DNA of 63,441 bases, the filler included. It is 23 parts of 23 records of this genome, joined end to end, with 100 filler letters (N's around TTAATTAATTAA, not from the genome) between each part and the next. Parts side by side here need not be neighbours in the genome. Positions count along the whole stretch, not along the records: positions 60,492 to 63,441 come from SRR11831580_6185; 22 more parts are not named here. One strand, 5' to 3'. Positions 60,569-63,441 of the stretch are shown here, piece by piece. A program made the translations under genes and the position numbers. Under the pieces are notes generated by a model, which did no database searches, was not told the DNA's origin, and saw nothing but the letters and a program-made list of their open reading frames with translations. The first letter of the stretch is position 1; every line of letters begins with the position of its first letter.

Positions 60569-62716
60569 ATGAAAAAAGTCGTCACGGTTTGCCCCTATTG
60601 CGCATCAGGTTGCAAAATCAACCTGGTCGTCGATAACGGCAAAATCGTCCGGGCGGAGGCAGCGCAGGGGAAAACCAACCAGGGTACCCTGTGTCTGAAG
60701 GGTTATTATGGCTGGGACTTCATTAACGATACCCAGATCCTGACCCCGCGCCTGAAAACCCCCATGATCCGTCGCCAGCGTGGCGGCAAACTCGAACCTG
60801 TTTCCTGGGATGAGGCACTGAATTACGTTGCCGAGCGCCTGAGCGCCATCAAAGAGAAGTACGGTCCGGATGCCATCCAGACGACCGGCTCCTCGCGTGG
60901 TACGGGTAACGAAACCAACTATGTAATGCAAAAATTTGCGCGCGCCGTTATTGGTACCAATAACGTTGACTGCTGCGCTCGTGTCTGACACGGCCCATCG
61001 GTTGCAGGTCTGCACCAATCGGTCGGTAATGGCGCAATGAGCAATGCTATTAACGAAATTGATAATACCGATTTAGTGTTCGTTTTCGGGTACAACCCGG
61101 CGGATTCCCACCCAATCGTGGCGAATCACGTAATTAACGCTAAACGTAACGGGGCGAAAATTATCGTCTGCGATCCGCGCAAAATTGAAACCGCGCGCAT
61201 TGCTGACATGCACATTGCACTGAAAAACGGCTCGAACATCGCGCTGTTGAATGCGATGGGCCATGTCATTATTGAAGAAAATCTGTACGACAAAGCGTTC
61301 GTCGCTTCACGTACAGAAGGCTTTGAAGAGTATCGTAAAATCGTTGAAGGCTACACGCCGGAGTCGGTTGAAGATATCACCGGCGTCAGCGCCAGTGAGA
61401 TTCGTCAGGCGGCACGGATGTATGCCCAGGCGAAAAGCGCCGCCATCCTGTGGGGCATGGGTGTAACCCAGTTCTACCAGGGCGTGGAAACCGTGCGTTC
61501 TCTGACCAGCCTCGCGATGCTGACCGGTAACCTCGGTAAGCCGCATGCGGGTGTTAACCCGGTTCGTGGTCAGAACAACGTTCAGGGTGCCTGCGATATG
61601 GGCGCGCTGCCGGATACGTATCCGGGATACCAGTACGTGAAAGATCCGGCTAACCGCGAGAAATTCGCCAAAGCCTGGGGCGTGGAAAGCCTGCCAGCGC
61701 ATACCGGCTATCGCATCAGCGAGCTGCCGCACCGCACAGCGCATGGCGAAGTGCGTGCCGCGTACATTATGGGCGAAGATCCGCTACAAACTGACGCGGA
61801 GCTGTCGGCAGTACGTAAAGCCTTTGAAGATCTGGAACTGGTTATCGTTCAGGACATCTTTATGACCAAAACCGCGTCGGCGGCGGATGTTATTTTACCG
61901 TCAACGTCGTGGGGCGAGCATGAAGGCGTGTTTACTGCGGCTGACCGTGGCTTCCAGCGTTTCTTCAAGGCGGTTGAACCGAAATGGGATCTGAAAACGG
62001 ACTGGCAAATCATCAGTGAAATCGCCACCCGTATGGGTTATCCGATGCACTACAACAACACCCAGGAGATCTGGGATGAGTTGCGTCATCTGTGCCCGGA
62101 TTTCTACGGTGCGACTTACGAGAAAATGGGCGAACTGGGCTTCATTCAGTGGCCTTGCCGCGATACTTCAGATGCCGATCAGGGGACTTCTTATCTGTTT
62201 AAAGAGAAGTTTGATACCCCGAACGGTCTGGCGCAGTTCTTCACCTGCGACTGGGTAGCGCCAATCGACAAACTCACCGACGAGTACCCGATGGTACTGT
62301 CAACGGTGCGTGAAGTTGGTCACTACTCTTGCCGTTCGATGACCGGTAACTGTGCGGCACTGGCGGCGCTGGCTGATGAACCTGGCTACGCACAAATCAA
62401 TACCGAAGACGCCAAACGTCTGGGTATTGAAGATGAGGCATTGGTTTGGGTGCACTCGCGTAAAGACAAAATTATCACCCGTGCGCAGGTCAGCGATCGT
62501 CCGAACAAAGGGGCGATTTACATGACCTACCAGTGGTGGATTGGTGCCTGTAACGAGCTGGTTACCGAAAACTTAAGCCCGATTACGAAAACGCCGGAGT
62601 ACAAATACTGCGCCGTTCGCGTCGAGCCGATCGCCGATCAGCGCGCCGCCGAGCAGTACGTGATTGACGAGTACAACAAGTTGAAAACTCGCCTGCGCGA
62701 AGCGGCACTGGCGTAA
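60569..62716 (+). CDS. fdhF: Formate dehydrogenase H (selenoprotein; UGA at 60986-60988 encodes Sec140)
   Basis: CPYCASGC Fe-S motif; VDCCARV-TGA-HGPS continues in frame into the 559-aa ORF. Confidence 0.99.
60986..61027 (+). promoter_or_regulatory. Bacterial SECIS element
   Basis: GGTTGCAGGTCTGCACC stem-loop 11 nt after the in-frame UGA. Confidence 0.92.
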
Positions 62717-62729
62717 TACCGTCCTTTCT

Positions 62730-62757
62730 ACAGCCTCCTTTCGGAGGCTGTTTTTTT
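62730..62757 (+). terminator. fdhF intrinsic terminator
   Basis: ACAGCCTCC-TTTC-GGAGGCTGTTTTTTT. Confidence 0.9.
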
Positions 62758-62809
62758 ATCCATTCGAACTCTTTATACTGGTTACTCCCTACCCAATCGT
62801 ATTATCAAA

Positions 62810-63441
62810 ATGAAAAAAATTATCGCATTGATGTTGTTTTTGACATTCTTTGCCCACGCCAACGACTCCGAGCCTGGCAGCCAGTATTTAAAGGCAGCAG
62901 AGGCCGGGGACCGACGCGCACAATATTTTCTTGCCGACAGCTGGTTTAGCTCCGGCGATTTGAGCAAAGCCGAATATTGGGCACAGAAAGCCGCCGACAG
63001 CGGTGATGCTGATGCCTGCGCGCTGCTGGCGCAGATCAAAATCACCAATCCGGTCAGTCTGGACTATCCACAAGCAAAAGTTCTTGCAGAGAAAGCGGCG
63101 CAAGCGGGCAGTAAAGAAGGTGAAGTAACGCTGGCGCATATTCTGGTAAATACTCAAGCGGGTAAACCGGATTATCCAAAGGCAATTTCGCTGTTAGAAA
63201 ACGCCTCGGAAGATCTGGAGAACGACTCTGCCGTCGATGCCCAAATGCTGCTTGGTTTGATTTACGCCAACGGCGTGGGCATTAAGGCCGACGATGACAA
63301 GGCAACCTGGTATTTCAAACGCAGCTCTGCAATTTCCCGAACCGGTTATTCCGAGTACTGGGCGGGAATGATGTTCTTAAACGGTGAAGAAGGTTTTATC
63401 GAGAAGAACAAGCAAAAGGCGCTGCACTGGTTGAACCTGAG
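62810..63441 (+). CDS. yjcO: Sel1-repeat protein, runs off the window end
   Basis: MKKIIALMLFLTFFAHA then AAEAGDRRAQYFLA-type Sel1 repeats; downstream of fdhF. Confidence 0.92.
   Translation, partial: MKKIIALMLFLTFFAHANDSEPGSQYLKAAEAGDRRAQYFLADSWFSSGDLSKAEYWAQKAADSGDADACALLAQIKITNPVSLDYPQAKVLAEKAAQAGSKEGEVTLAHILVNTQAGKPDYPKAISLLENASEDLENDSAVDAQMLLGLIYANGVGIKADDDKATWYFKRSSAISRTGYSEYWAGMMFLNGEEGFIEKNKQKALHWLNL

Noticed and set aside
60569-62716. fdhF split into two ORFs (pseudogene or novel recoding)
   Set aside because: This is the well-known selenocysteine UGA with its adjacent SECIS.

Overview
This window is not a contiguous locus. It is an artificial pseudomolecule of 23 short contigs (about 2.0-4.5 kb each) joined by 22 identical 100-nt spacers (44 N + TTAATTAATTAA + 44 N). 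Sixteen contigs are Escherichia coli K-12-like DNA: 14 scattered chromosomal pieces (pts, wec/rff, rluD-bamD-raiA, lysC-pgi, cai-carB, pgaA-dgcT, zinT-msrPQ, yggTU-rdgB-hemW, qseBC, idn, rcsDB, ribC-cfa, fep, fdhF) and 2 F-plasmid pieces (ssb leading region, trbJ-trbF-traH-traG). These are most likely contamination or food bacteria. Seven contigs (1-2647, 10448-12925, 13026-15096, 15197-17544, 20148-22416, 28579-30948, 37801-40798) come from an unidentified intron-rich microbial eukaryote that appears to use the standard code. Manual splicing at GT-AG introns recovers genes the ORF track misses. These are a THH1/TOM1(GPR137)-like multi-pass membrane domain fused in frame to a TKL/Raf-like kinase, a C-terminal SH2-domain protein, a CACTA/EnSpm-type transposase, a CenH3-like histone, OXLD1-, PPP1R11-, MPC2- and PLRG1-like genes, an IPT/TIG repeat array, an LRR protein and a probable CHR transporter. 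The best novelty candidates are the membrane-kinase fusion, the SH2 protein and a near-exclusive pyrimidine at 5' splice-site position +4. All family calls come from motif recognition by eye; no database search was run.
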